Shown here: positions 34,539 through 57,879 of the stretch, piece by piece
Numbering within the stretch: position 1 is the stretch's first letter
Layout of the letters: every line of letters starts with the position of its first letter
NCBI RefSeq assembly: GCF_009914755.1
Contig: NC_060940.1
Direction: 5' to 3' (one strand)
From: the human T2T-CHM13v2.0 reference genome, Homo sapiens
DNA length: 64,000 nucleotides
The notes under the pieces: generated by a model
Told to the model about the DNA's origin: nothing
The model's input: the letters and a program-made list of their open reading frames with translations, nothing else
The model's database searches: none
Program-made: the position numbers and the translations under genes

Positions 34539-36067
34539 TGCTCTAAGAAAAGAAAGTTTTGGGCCTAGAGTCAGGAAAAAGCCTTTTCAAGTCAAGCTGA
34601 GAACTTTAAGGTGGTCTTGGCTACCTCATTTTATGCAAAGTAGGCAGAAAATTTAAAAGAAAAGAAACATATTTAAGTACAATTAAGAAAATTACAGTGT
34701 TTCAGTTAAAGCAGTTCAGTGCTTTTTAGAAAAGGAGCTGAAATTAAATAGTAAGTATAAATTTAATTCTAATAATTCAGGGCTATGAACCATGTAATTG
34801 CTTAATTTCCAATAACTATTTGTTCTTTTGCGACTACAGTTTGGCAGGTTGCCCTAATAATTTTCAGGCATTTTAGGTTCATGCTCCTTCCAACCCTCCT
34901 TTTCCCTTACAAGGGTTGCATCCAAGTTATGAGGGATAAGGGTGGGGGGTGTTTCATATTTAGGACCAGGATGTTGATGTGTACTTATTCCTGGCCAGGC
35001 TGTTTTGGAGTCAGGACTCTTGCGCTATAAGATCCCCCAAATCTATTTTGGGAATAGTGAAAGGGATGGGATGATGCTGAGGAGCCGGGCTTCGGCATTT
35101 CCTTATTGTGCATTATTTCCAATCCGTTGTTTTACCCTGGAAAGGGTCAACTGAAAGAACTGGCCATTGTCTTTGTAGGTATTAAGTATTGCTCTGTCTT
35201 CCCCGAGACCAAAAAATAAAAGATTGAATGAGGGATGGTACTGAATTGAAAACTTATGGTTAATATTCCAAAACATTACCCACTAAAAGAGCAAGAGAAA
35301 AAAGTTAGTGGGAGAGTGTTTCAGATGATTCCTTCTTCACAGGTTTACCTGTTCCCCCACCTGAAGAGTTAATTAGAAAAACAATACAGGTACATTACAT
35401 AAAATTCAAACTCTATAGACATACAATTTGTAAAATGTGTAAGTCCCCCATTTTCCACCTCCTGAGGACATACTATCAACAGATCTTCTACCATTTTTCT
35501 TTTCTGTACATGTACTTCTTTTCTCTACATATATATTTTTCCAAACAATGTGTTTATATCATGTATAATATTTTGCAGTTTACTTTTTCTACCTTAGTAG
35601 TATATTATCCTCTCATGACAGTGTATCTATATCTATCCCTTCTTTGTAACAGAGGAACAGGATTTTATTGAAGGTATTGGCATGATTTATGTAATCATTC
35701 TTTCTGTTTTCATTTGATCTTACTGTTTTCCAGTGTTATCATGAACATCTTTCTGCCTGAATCTTTGTTTTGCTATGGTTTTGCTTTATGAACTTTGTTT
35801 CTAGGTTTGTTTGCTTTTTTTTTAAATAGCCTTTAAGACTTGGATCTGCTGCATAAATTCCTTTAAAGTTTGCAGACATGTATTGAGTGTATTGATCAGC
35901 TGCACTAAGGAGTAAGCACCTGATGTGAAGCCCCCTTCCATGAAAAATCCTTTAAGAATGGCATAGTTGTGAAGTTGGAAGGCTGTATGAATCACAAATT
36001 GATTTTACCCCATCACCACATCAGCCAAACACCTGCTCTGCCATTTTGATTAAGATTCGTCATGTAT

Positions 36068-37025
<958 letters not shown>

Positions 37026-37869
37026 ATCAGATATGTATTGTGAATAAATACCTATTGTGAATAAAATTCTTTATTAGATATGTATTATGAATATTTTCTT
37101 TCTCCACTTGCATTTCTGTTTCCTTAGCAGTATCTTTACAAGAGTACATTTTTTTTTTTGTATTTTAATGGAGTTTAATTTACCAATTTTTCCTTTATGG
37201 CTCATACCTTGGGTATGCAAAGTAAGAAATCCCTACCCCCTTGAAGGTAACAGAGATTTTCTCCTAAGTTTCTTCATTTTATTCATTCCTCCTGTTTTCT
37301 TTTAAATTTGTACTTTTAGCTTCCTTCATTTAGGTCTGTGACCCATCTCGAGTTAATTTCTTGTTCCTAGTATGAGGTAAAGTTGGTGCTATTGTTTTTC
37401 CCCCATAAGGATATTCAGTTATTCCAGCACTGTTTTTTTTAAAGACTTCTCTTTGTTCCCTTGGTACTTTTGTGGGAAAAAAAAATTGACCATCTTAGTG
37501 TGGGTCTATTTCTGGACTCCGTTCAGTTTCATTGATGTATGTATCTGTGTCTTCACCAATACCACACAGTTTTAATTACAGTAATTTTATATATCTTGAA
37601 ATCAGATAGTATAAGACCTCTAGTTTTGTTCTTTTCTAAAGTTGTTTTTGACTATTCCAGCACTAGAATTTCTACACAGTTGCTTATTGGAACTTTGATG
37701 GGATTGTATTTATTTTCATAAAGGCTCACCTACAATGTGTTGTAAAGCTTCTGAAAGTAAGTAATGACTTGTCAGTTTTAATAGACACTATGGTTATGAG
37801 TGAATATGAGGATCTTTTGTTATGTTTGAGGACTATTTTTCTTTGAACTGTTTTTTTTTTTCATTTTTC

Positions 37870-38775
37870 AAATTTTTTTTATTATACTTTGAGTTCTGGG
37901 GTACATGTACAGAACGTGCAGTTTTGTTACATAGGTATACACGTGCCATGGTGGTTTGCTGCACCCATCAACCCATCACCTACATTAGGTATTTCTCCTA
38001 ATGCTGTCCCTCCCCTAGCCCTCCACCCACCGACAGGCTCCAGTGTGTGATGCTGCCCTCCCTGCGTCCATGTGTTCTCACTGTTCAACTCCCATTTATG
38101 AGTGAGAACATGGGGTGTTTGGTTTTCTGTTCTTGTGTTAGTTTGCTTAGAATGATGGCTTCCAGCTTCATCCATGTCCCTGCAAAGAACATGAACTCAT
38201 CCTTTTTATGGCTGCATAGTATTCCATGGTGCATATATGCCACACTTTCTTTATCCAGTCTGTCATTGGTGTACACTTAGGTTGGTTCCAAGTCTTTGCT
38301 ATTGTGAATAGTGCAATTCACGTACGTGTGCACGTATCTTTATAGTAGAATGATTTATAATCCTTTGGGTATACACCCAGTAATGGGATTGCTGGGTCAA
38401 ATGGTATTTCTAGTTCTAGATCCTTCAGGAATCACCACACTGTCTTCTACAATGGTTGAACTAATTTATACTTCCACCAACAGTGTAAAAGCATTCCTAT
38501 TTCTCCACATCCTCTCCAGCATCTGTTGTTTCCTGGCTTTTTAATGATCACCATTCTAACTGGCATAAGATGGTATCTCATTGTGGCTTTGATTTGCATT
38601 TCTCTAATGACCAGTGATGATGAGCTTTTTTCCATATGTTTGTTGGCTGCATAAATGTCTTCTTTTGAGAAGTGTCTGTTCATATCTATCACCCACTTTT
38701 TGATGGGGAGAACATTTTTGCAATCCATCTGACAAAGGGCTAATATCCAGAATCTACAAATAAATTAAACAAATT
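37870..38775 (-). mobile_element. 5'-truncated L1PA with inverted 5' segment
   Basis: L1PA 3' end on the minus strand to about 38708, then about 65 nt of plus-strand L1. Flanked by TTTTTTTCATTTTTC duplication. Confidence 0.88.
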
Positions 38776-38828
38776 TTTTTTTCATTTTTCTAATGGTTAT
38801 CCCTCCCCCTTCAATTTATAGACCTCTT

Positions 38829-38992
38829 CATATATATATATGTATATATATGTGTGTATATATACATATATGTGTATATATGTGTGTATATATACATATA
38901 TGTGTATATATATACGTATATATATATGTGTATATATATACGTATATATATGTGTATATATATGTATATATATATGTGTATATATATATATG
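38829..38992. repeat. (TA)n/(TG) compound microsatellite
   Basis: Direct reading. Confidence 0.95.
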
Positions 38993-39399
38993 AGAGATTA
39001 GCCCTTTATCTGTGATACAAGTTATTTTCTCCCAGTTTGTTATTTATCTTTTGGCTTTGTGTTGACATTTACTTCATAAAACATATTTGTAAGTACTATG
39101 TTATCAGACTTATCTTGATACTAGATTTTGATTCATGGAGACTTTTCCCACTCCCACATTTTATATTTTTCCAAATGACTATCCATTTGTTACAACACCA
39201 TTTACTATAAAGTAGAATTTTTTCCCAGTTAGTTGGGATGTTACCTATATAATAAACTAAATTTCTATATGTATTTTGGTTTATTTCTAGACTTTCTATT
39301 CTGTTCCATTTGGCTGTCTTTCAATTTACGTACCAGTACAACACATTTTTAACTACAGAGACTTTATAGTATGTTTTAATATTTGGTAGAGCTAGTTGC

Positions 39400-42736
<3,337 letters not shown>

Positions 42737-43005
42737 ACAATTGACCCCCCCATATCTGTGTGTTCTACATCCACAGATTCAACTCTGGGCCAAAAATAGT
42801 AAAAAAATAATAATATGATAATAATGCAAATAAAAAGCAATACAGTGTAACAAATATTTATATAGATTTTATATTAGGTACTATGAGTATCTAGAGAAAA
42901 TCTGAGGCATAAGGAGTATGTGTGTAGATTATATGCAAATACTACACCATTTTATATAAGACATTGAGCATCCATGGATTTTGCTATCCTCAGGGGTCTA
43001 GAACT
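42737..43005. mobile_element. MER2-like TcMar-Tigger fragment
   Basis: caattgacccccca tatctgtgtgttctacatccacagattcaac; ttgagcatccatggatttt. Confidence 0.65.
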
Positions 43006-43136
43006 AGGCATTAGCATTGTGCCTAGTTGGGGCTTACCTGTAGCCTGTGTCCACTGGTGCCAGCCTGGAGGCTGGGTGTATGGTTGCTAGTCCAGAAGCT
43101 AGGTCTGTGAAGAACTGAGTCCTGGAGCCATGGTAG

Positions 43137-44635
43137 TGTCCCCAGAATTGGTGGGTTCTTGGTCTCACTGACTTCAAGAATGAACCCACAGACCCTCGCG
43201 GTGAGTGTTACAGCTCTTAAGGTGGCGCGTCTGGAGTCTGTCCTTTCTGATGTTCAGATGTGTTCGGAGTTTCTTCCTTCTGGTGGGTTCGTGGTCTCGC
43301 TGGCTCAGGAGTGAAGCTGCAGACCTTCGCAGTGAGTGTTACAGCTCTTAAGGCAGCGCGTCTGGAGTTGTTCGTTCCTCCCGGTGGGTTCGTGGTCTCG
43401 CTGGGCTCAGGAGTGAACCTGCAGATCTTCGCGGTGAGTGTTACGGCTCATAAAAGCAGCGTGGACCCAACGAGTGAGCAGTAGCAAGATTTATTGCAAA
43501 GAGCGAAAGAACAAAGCTTTCACAGTGTGGAAGGGGACCCGGGCGGGTTGCCAATGCTGGCTAGGGCAGCCTGCTTTTATTCTCTTATCTGGCCCCACCT
43601 ACATCCTGCTGATTGGTAGAGCTGAGTGGCCTGTTTTGTCAGGGCGCTGATTGGTGCGTTTACAATCCCTGAGCTAGATACAAAGGTTCTCCACGTCCCC
43701 ATCAGATTAGTTAGATACAGAGTTTCGATTGGTGCACTCACAAACCTTGAGCTAAACACAGGGTGCTGATTGGTGTGTTTACAAACCTTGAGCTAGATAC
43801 AGAGTGCTGATTGGTGTATTTACAATCCTTGAGCTAGACATAAAGGTTCTCCAAGGCCCCACCAGAGCAGCTAGATACAGAGTGTTGATTGGTGCACTCA
43901 CAAACCTTGAGCTAAACACAGGGTGCTGATTGGTGTATTTACAATCCCTGAGCTAGATATAAAGACTCTCCACATCCCCACCAGACTCAGGAGCCCAGCT
44001 GGCTTCACCTAGTGGATCCCGCACCAGGGCTGCAGGTGGAGCTGCCTGCCAGTCCCGCGCCGTGTGCTCGCATTCCTCAGCCCTTGGGTGGTCGATGGGA
44101 CTGGGTGCCATGGAGCAGGGGGTGATGCTCGTGGGGGAGGCTCGGGCTGCACAGGAGCCCATGGAGTGGGTGGGAGGCTCAGGCATGGCGGGCTGCAGGT
44201 CCCAAGCCCTGCCCCGCGGTAAGGCAGCTAAGGCTCGGTGAGAAATGGAGTGCAGCACCGGTGGGCTGGCACTGCCGGGGGACCCAGTACATCCTCTGCA
44301 GCCACTGGCCTGGGTGCTAAGTCCCTCACTGCCCGGGGCCAGCAGGGCTGGCTGGCTGCTCCGAGTGCGGGGCCCGCCAAGTCCACGCCCACCCGGAACT
44401 CCAGCTGGCCCACAAGCGCCGCAGGCAGCCTCGGTTCCCGCTCGCGCCTCTCCCTCCACACCTCCCTGCAAGCTGAGGGAGTGGGCTCCAGCCTTGGCCA
44501 GCCCAGAAATGGGCTACCACAGTGCAGCGGCGGGCCAAAGGGCTCCTCAAGTGCCGCCAAAGTGGGAGCCCAGGCAGAGGAGGCGCCGAGAGCGAGTGAG
44601 GGCTGTGAGGACTGCCAGCACGCTGTCACCTCTCA
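43137..44635 (-). mobile_element. LTR12C (ERV9) full-length solo LTR
   Basis: Minus strand begins TGAGAGGTGACAGCGTGCTGGCAGTCC. Contains multiple CTGATTGG NF-Y repeats and a CpG-rich U3, about 1.5 kb. Confidence 0.92.
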
Positions 44636-45745
44636 TTAGGACCTGGGTTCACAAGGCTTGGCACAGGGAAGGCCTGGGCCCTGTGTTTGCAGGTGCCTGC
44701 CAGGTGTTTGAGCCCAGGTGTGCCATCCTTGTTCTAGGATGGGGCTGAAGCCCAGGGCCACTGGGGCCTGCCTAGTGCTTGGGTCAGCCTACTGCAGGGG
44801 CAGGACCAGAGACCAAGTCCACCAGGCTGGGCTGGAACCTGGGACTGCAGAATCTGGCCTGACATTAGTATGGGCTTGGAGGCTCAGTTTGCTGATACTA
44901 GCCTGGCAATGGGTAAGCCTGGAGCCTGTATCCATAGGGGCCAGCCTGGCAGCTGGGTCTACCAGGTAGGCCCAGAACCTGGAGCTGTGAGATCTAGCCT
45001 GGTGCTAGGGCAGACGTGAAGGCTCAGTCCCCGACTTATTTTCTTGATGTTAGGTTAGATTTTGATGGGCAGAAATTTTAGATTTTGATAAAGCCCCTTT
45101 TTTATGGTTTGTGTCCTTAGTATCCATTTTAAGAAATCGCTGCCTACCCCAAGGTCAGAAAGATATTCTGTAGTAATAGTAGAGATTTTAAAGTATCTTA
45201 TGTTCATCTTATGTCATATTCAGAAAAATTGCTTGTAGGAGTAGTTGACTATAGCATTTTGTTATTTTTTTCCAGAGAGGATTCATTTTTTATACTAGGC
45301 AGCTGTCAGTACTTGCAATCTTGGGAGCGCCCTCATCCAGTATCAAGGATTGAGATAATTTGAAGCCGGGATTTGTAGAAGCTAAAAGGATTGAGATTAT
45401 TTGCAGTCCCAGGGAAGGTCAATCTCCTTTAGGTTTCTCCTTACTTATAAAGTCAAGTCCTAATCTAATCCCTTCCATTCTTGGCTCTGAATTCCAGCTC
45501 TCTTTCTCGTAGCCCCAAGAATTTAAGTCAGATATTCATGGTCACATAGTTGTGAAATCCCACATGGTAGTGGTACGATTTCAACCTAGGCAGTCTAACT
45601 TCAGATCCTGGGTTATTAAAAGGAACCTTCCACGTCACCCCTACCATGAGGGATGAGTTTCATTTGTTTTGTTTCCCATTGTACACCCACACCTCACATG
45701 ACATGTAGTAGGTATTCAGAAAATATTCAATATAAGAATGAACCT

Positions 45746-46443
<698 letters not shown>

Positions 46444-46741
46444 AATCTGTTCCCCTTAGCAATACTATTAATGGTAGTTACTTCCAATCTGATAGATTAT
46501 TGAATAGCATTTTGGGCTTATAGTTGTGCTGTGATTTTCTATACTGTTTTGTTGCTTTGCCATTGGTGGTGACTTACTTGTTTTTTGTTGTTTTTAAATT
46601 AGTATTTCCATGGGGATTGGGAAAGCTACTGGCAAGATTTACCTGGAAACTTGCATCAACAACTTACTGATCTTTGTTTTGTGGTTGGTATTTTATTCAT
46701 ATTAGAAGCTCCATAAATGTTGACTAAATTAAAAATGTAGG

Positions 46742-46992
46742 TTGGGAGGCTGAGGCGGGCGGATCACTTGAGGTCAGCAGTTCGAGACCAGCCAGGCAAA
46801 CGTGGTGAAACCCCATCTCTACTAAAAATACAACAATTAGCCGGGCATGGTGGCAGACGCCTGTAATCCCAGCTATTCAGGCGGCTGAGGCAGAAGAATC
46901 ACTTGAACCCGGGAGGAAGAGGTTGCAGCGAGCTGAGACTGCACCACTGCAGCGTGGGTGACAGAGTGAGACTCTGTCTCAAAAAAAAAAAT
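46742..46992 (+). mobile_element. 5'-truncated Alu
   Basis: Alu consensus from ttgggaggctgagg to the A tail. Confidence 0.9.
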
Positions 46993-47198
46993 AGGGATAA
47001 ACAACTGCTCAAATATTTTAAATCTGTATATTTCTTATTTTAAATATTAAATATTTCTTGTCTTTAAAGCTTGATTATAAAATTAAGTAATTTAAATTTA
47101 AGTGATGTGCTTGTCTAAAATTTACACATCATTAGATAATCTTTTCTTTTTAAAAAATATTTACTCCCTCCATAGAGTTGAACTTCCTCTCTTTTTAG

Positions 47199-47262
47199 AA
47201 GAATGGATTTCTCGGAGTCTGAAAAATTTATGGTTCTTCTCTGGAAGAATTTTATTTTAAAG
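47199..47262 (+). pseudogene. ABCA15P: First coding exon of ABCA15P / CRYM-AS1 (ATG 47203; MDFSESEKFMVLLWKNFILK)
   Basis: Acceptor cttcctctctttttag| and perfect donor AAG|GTAAGT. LLWKN is the universal ABCA N-terminal motif. The gene symbol is from memory of the locus. Confidence 0.88.
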
Positions 47263-47564
47263 GTAAGTTGAACTACCTATAGGGTTATTACAACAGCTCA
47301 GTGGCCACAGGGGGAAATTCTGACAGCTTGATCCTTGAATTTCAATTTTTACTGTTTTACTTTTCTCAGTATGAAGGCTAGGTTATCTCTTCCAAATATA
47401 GAGTTCACACAGAGAGAGATTAATAGCAGGATGTTATGTAGAAAGGAGAAAAAAGTCTAGGAAACTGCTGCTATTATAGAGTAAAGCTGTGTTTTTGGCA
47501 ATCTATATATTCTTTTATGAAGTATCTTTTATCTTAATATAAAAGAATTACAGTTATACACAAT

Positions 47565-48090
47565 ACAGGACTATTCAGCCATGAAAAAGAATGAGATCCT
47601 CTCATTTGCAACAACATAGGTGGAACTGGAGGTCATCATGTAAAGTGAGATAAGCCAGGCACAGAAAGACAAACTTTGCATGTTCTCACTTATTGGTAGA
47701 AACTAAAAATTAAAACAATTGAACTCATGGAGATGGAGAGTAGAAGGATGGTTAACAGAGGCTGGGAAGGGGTAGCTTGGGGTAGGTAAGGGGGAAGTGG
47801 AGATGTTTAATGGGTACAAAAAAAACTTGAAAGCATGGATAAGGCAGTATTTGCTAGCACAACAGAATGACTAGAGTCAAAAATAATTTGATTGCACATT
47901 TAAAAATATCTAAAAGAGTGTAATTGGATTGTTTGTAACACAAGGGATAAATGCTTGAGGGAATGGATACCCAATTTACCTTGATGTGATTATTATGCAT
48001 TGTGTGCCTGTATCAAAATATCTCACGTAACCCATAAATATGTATACCTGCTATGTACCCACGAAAATTAAAAATTAAAAAATTCAAAAA
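47565..48090 (+). mobile_element. L1MA 3' end in the intron between the two ABCA15P coding exons
   Basis: L1MA 3' UTR: tcagccatgaaaaagaatgagatcc...ctatgtacccacgaaaattaaaaatt. Confidence 0.85.
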
Positions 48091-48153
48091 TGAACTTGCA
48101 AAGTTAATAACCTCTTAGGGCAATTAACATAATCTTTTTTCTTCTTCTTCTAG

Positions 48154-48423
48154 AGGCGGCGATGTATTGCTTTAGTTGTGGAAATGGTCCTCACATTTCT
48201 GTTTAGTGCTGCGCTTTTGGCAACACGCTCTGTTATTACTATAAATAAGAACGGACCTTTCGATTTTGCTGCTCAGCCTGTCGATGAAGTGCCTTTCTAC
48301 ATCACAGCTTCCTTAATTTCTCCTTCTCCTTTGGAATTGGCTTACGTGCCTTCCAGAAGTACTGTGGTTCAGGGTATTATTGAAAGAGTGAAAATGGATT
48401 TAAACCCTCAAATGAAAGGTTAG
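48154..48423 (+). pseudogene. ABCA15P: Second coding exon of ABCA15P / CRYM-AS1 (TM1 and start of extracellular domain 1); read-through of the old donor gives a stop at 48421-48423
   Basis: Acceptor ttcttcttcttctag|. RRRCIALVVEMVLTFLFSAALLATR...LELAYVPSRSTVVQGIIERVKMDLNPQMK aligns without gaps to ABCA3 [25 protein letters not shown]...[29 protein letters not shown]. Ancestral phase-1 donor G|GTTAGA at 48418/48419. Confidence 0.88.
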
Positions 48424-48955
48424 AAATTAACATTTTCTGAAAAAACATACAGAATTACTAAATCGATTTAGTGAAGACATACTTACAACCTTATTAACTG
48501 GTTCTTAACCTCCCAAGTAAAACATCGTTGGAATCCTCATACTAAGTATAAATATTATGGACTTTGTTAAACTTGAAAGTTAAATTTATATAAAATATTT
48601 TGTTCATAGAGCCCAGAACAAATAGTAATATTTCAAAATGAGATGACCAATTATTATTATTATTCTAAGTTGTTATCCAGTTTTGTGATACTGTTTTTTC
48701 TATCTGGTTGTGCTTCTTGAACCTGGGTAAGTATACCTCCAGGGGTGTGTGATTTTGTGCCACAGGTCAGTGGTCAGTTATTTAAAATAATGTTTTATAT
48801 TAAAATGTGGTGTGAGTAATATAGGAAGGCTTTAGAAAACACTTAAGCTATGTAGAATTATTTTAAAAGCCCTCAGTCTCTCACTTACCTTCATATTCCC
48901 GGATCAGTTTCTTACCTCTTTCTCTTAGAGGTAAATACTGTGAGAAGTTTAGGTC

Positions 48956-51591
<2,636 letters not shown>

Positions 51592-52067
51592 TCAGCTGGG
51601 GTTCAGCTCTGCCCCATCACCCCAGGCTGAGGCATTGCTTTCTTATGCATGACCATTATGGAAAGAACAACTATCCCCAGTCTAGGCTTTCAGGACATGG
51701 TTACATGTTTATGTGTGTTTAATGCTCTCCTTATTGGGGCTAAGCAAGTTGGGTATATATTGGAATGAAAAAAGTTGAAAGTTAGATTCTTTTAGGGTTG
51801 GGTTTTTTGTTTGTTTTGTTTTGGCCAGGTCACTAGGATTGAAGGTGGGAGAGACAAATGAATTGAAGAATTGGAAGAGTTATTGAAGACATAGGTCCTG
51901 GAATCTAAATTGGAAAGGAAACGAAGTTAGGAAAAGAATGATTTTAGATGTCAAGTGATGGGAATGTAAAATGGCTCTTGATCAAAGACCTCTGAAGCTT
52001 CACATCATATAACCAGTGCATCACCAGCTCCATACATCAATATCGCTCTACAGCAGTTTCTCTAGGA

Positions 52068-52592
52068 CAATGGTCCCCAACCTTTTTGGCACCAAGGACC
52101 AGTTGCATAGAAGACAATTTTTCCACAGACCAGTGGCAGAGGGATGGTTTCAGGGTGATTCAAGCACATCACATTTATTGTGTACTTTATTTCTATTATT
52201 ACATAGTAATATATAATGAAATAATTATACAACTCACCATAATGTAAAATCAGCAGGAGGCCTGAACTTGTGTTCCTGAAACTAGGCAATCCTATCTGGG
52301 GATGATGGGAGACAGTGACAGATCATCAGGCATTAGATTCTCAAAAGGAGCTTGCAGCCTAGATCCCTTACATACGTAGTTCACAATAGGGTTTGCGCTT
52401 CTATGAGAATCGAATGCCTCCGCTGATCTGATGGGAGGCAAAGCTCAGCTGGCAATGCAAGTGATGGGGAGCAGCTGTAAATACAGATGAAGCTTTGCTC
52501 GCTCACCGGCCGCTCACCTCCTGCTGTGTGATATGGTTCCTAACAGGCCATGGACCGGTACCAGTCCATGGCCTGGGGTTTGGGGGCCCCTG
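52068..52592. mobile_element. MER1A (hAT-Charlie) DNA transposon
   Basis: ggtccccaacctttttggcacca...ggtttgggggcccctg termini. Flanked by ctctagga duplication. Confidence 0.8.
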
Positions 52593-52744
52593 CTCTAGGA
52601 CAAACCAAAATAAACTATACTTCCTCACTTGGAAAATGAAAATAATAATAGTGTCTTATTTATAGGGTAGTTGTGTATATGTGAAGTATTTAGAGCAGTT
52701 CTCAGCACATGGTAAGTACTCAGTAAAGACTAGATTTATTGGCC

Positions 52745-54337
<1,593 letters not shown>

Positions 54338-54687
54338 TACCTTTTTTATTCTTAAGAGTGGACTTAGTTTTACCAACTTTGATGATTTGAATTCTCTGAG
54401 GCCCATGTCTCCTCCTGCTCCTGACCAGCTCTTGTAGGTTCCCCCCTGATTCCAGCCCCCAAGAAGCTACTTTCAGCTTTGAAATTTATGTGCCAGCTTT
54501 GCCTACCCCCTGAGAAAGGGAGATTAGATCAGGTGCTTTGCATCTGGTATTTTGCAGTTTTACCAAAAGTGATGATTATGACCCCTCAGCGTAATTTCAT
54601 AGCCACCAACAATGTTCTTAGGTTTGGATAGCAATCCAAATATACTTTAAGCTACCATCAGATTAAACTGTCTTAAGAAAGTAGAAT

Positions 54688-55658
<971 letters not shown>

Positions 55659-56089
55659 GATGGTGTCCAGGATGGGAACATAACATGTACAGCATCAGCA
55701 CTTTCATATGAAAGTCTCCCAACAGCACAGGTGCAGCTGTACGTTCCACCAGTACACAGGGCACATTCAGTTCAAGAGCTGAGGTCGATACGGTGTAGAC
55801 TCTGTAATTATATGGAAGCCTCCACTTTTGTTTGCCAGAATTTGTGCAAAGTCCTACTTACTTTCTTCTCAAGTCAAGTGTAGTCTCTAGACGAGATATA
55901 TGGCAGCAAACAATGTTGATGATGAGTTCCAGGCACTGCTAACATTCTGTATTTTTAAACTCAGCACATACCTAGGCACAGTGCTGCCAGAGAGTAAACT
56001 CATAGTTATCTTAGTGGGTACACCTGGGTCCAGGAAAATAGGATTTATGTTTGCTATTTACCCTTTCCTCACAATAATAAATCTGCAGG

Positions 56090-56462
<373 letters not shown>

Positions 56463-56939
56463 TGACACCATAGTTGTATCACAATATATCACAACTGTTA
56501 GCATTATGGACTAGAAAAGCAGTACATTTACTGTTTTTTCAAAACTAATTGGACTATCCTTGATACCTACCATCCCCAGCCTGTTTGAGATGCAGTAAGG
56601 GGCTCAGGTTGGTGCCAAAATATTGGGCACACCCTCAGCCATGAGTTACCATGATTAGCGGCAAGCGCAGATGAAGCCTTGTCCTGGTGTGTGCCCTTGG
56701 GTTCTTTGAAGCTGATGAGTGATTTAGAACATTGGCAGCCAAGTATAAGCTGGTCATATGGAGTCACACATGAAGCTGAGAGATGTCTGATTCATCTCAT
56801 CATGAAAGCTGTTACTCTTATCAAAATTTCATCAACTTTGGGGAATGATTATGTTGCTGACTAGAGATCAACATGGAAATCTGGGTATAAAAAGCAGTCA
56901 GGGAGGCTGGATCCTTTCTTTCAGTGGCTGCCTCAAATC

Positions 56940-57879
56940 CAGCAGGCCCTTGAATAATGTCATTTTGTCCAACGTCATTTTGTTATAATTTTGATGGGAA
57001 AAAAGAAATTGATTCCCAGCCCGGGCTGTTGTCAGTGTGGAGCTTGCATGTTCTCTCCGTATCTGTGTGGGTTTTCTCTGGGCATTCCAATTTTCTCCTG
57101 CATCCCAAAGATGTGCACTTTAGGGGAATTGACGTGTTGACATTGTCCCAGTCTAAGTGAGTGTGAGGTGTGCGTGACTGTGCCCCGTGATGGCATTCAT
57201 CCAGTCTAGGGTTGGTTCTTGCCTTGTGCCCTAAGCTGCAGGGACAGGCTCTGGCCCCCTGCGACCCTGAACTGGAATAACTATCTAAATCATTATTTTA
57301 CTTGTGTTTGTTAATCTGTCTTAAATGTATATATGGCTCACATTATTTATTTCAGTGTTTAATATTAGAAGTGTTTTGGTATTTATTTAGATGTTTGGTG
57401 ATGTTTTTCTGACCCCCGAAAAAAGAAAACAGTAATATACAATAAAAACTTAACTCTTTTTTTTTTTTTAATTTTTTTCAGAGACAAGGTCTTGCTCTGC
57501 TACCCAGGCTGGGGTGCAGTGGTGCAATCATAGCTCACTGTAATCTCAAACTCCTGGGCTCAAGTGTTCCTCCCACCTGAAGCTCCCAAGTAACCGGGAT
57601 GACAGATGTGGGCCACTACTCCTGGGCTAATTTTTTTTTAATTTTGTAGAAATAGAGTCTCACCATGTTGGTCAGGCTGGTCTCAAACTCCTGGCCTCAA
57701 GCAGTCCCCCTGCCTCAGCCTCCCAAGTTCTGGGATTACAGACATGAGCCACCATGCTGGCCCTTAACTCTTGTTTATATCAATTAGATTATGGCAAAGT
57801 TAGTTTCGTTATACATCATTTCACTTAAAGTTACAGTTTCCAAGAACCTATTGATGATGATAAGTGAGGGCTTACAGTA
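56940..57879. mobile_element. MER6 (TcMar-Tigger) with embedded Alu (about 57457-57762)
   Basis: cagcaggcccttgaataatgtcatttt...gatgataagtgagggcttacag. Confidence 0.7.

Noticed and set aside
43953-44748. 130-170 aa ORFs
   Set aside because: They lie within the LTR12C U3 region.
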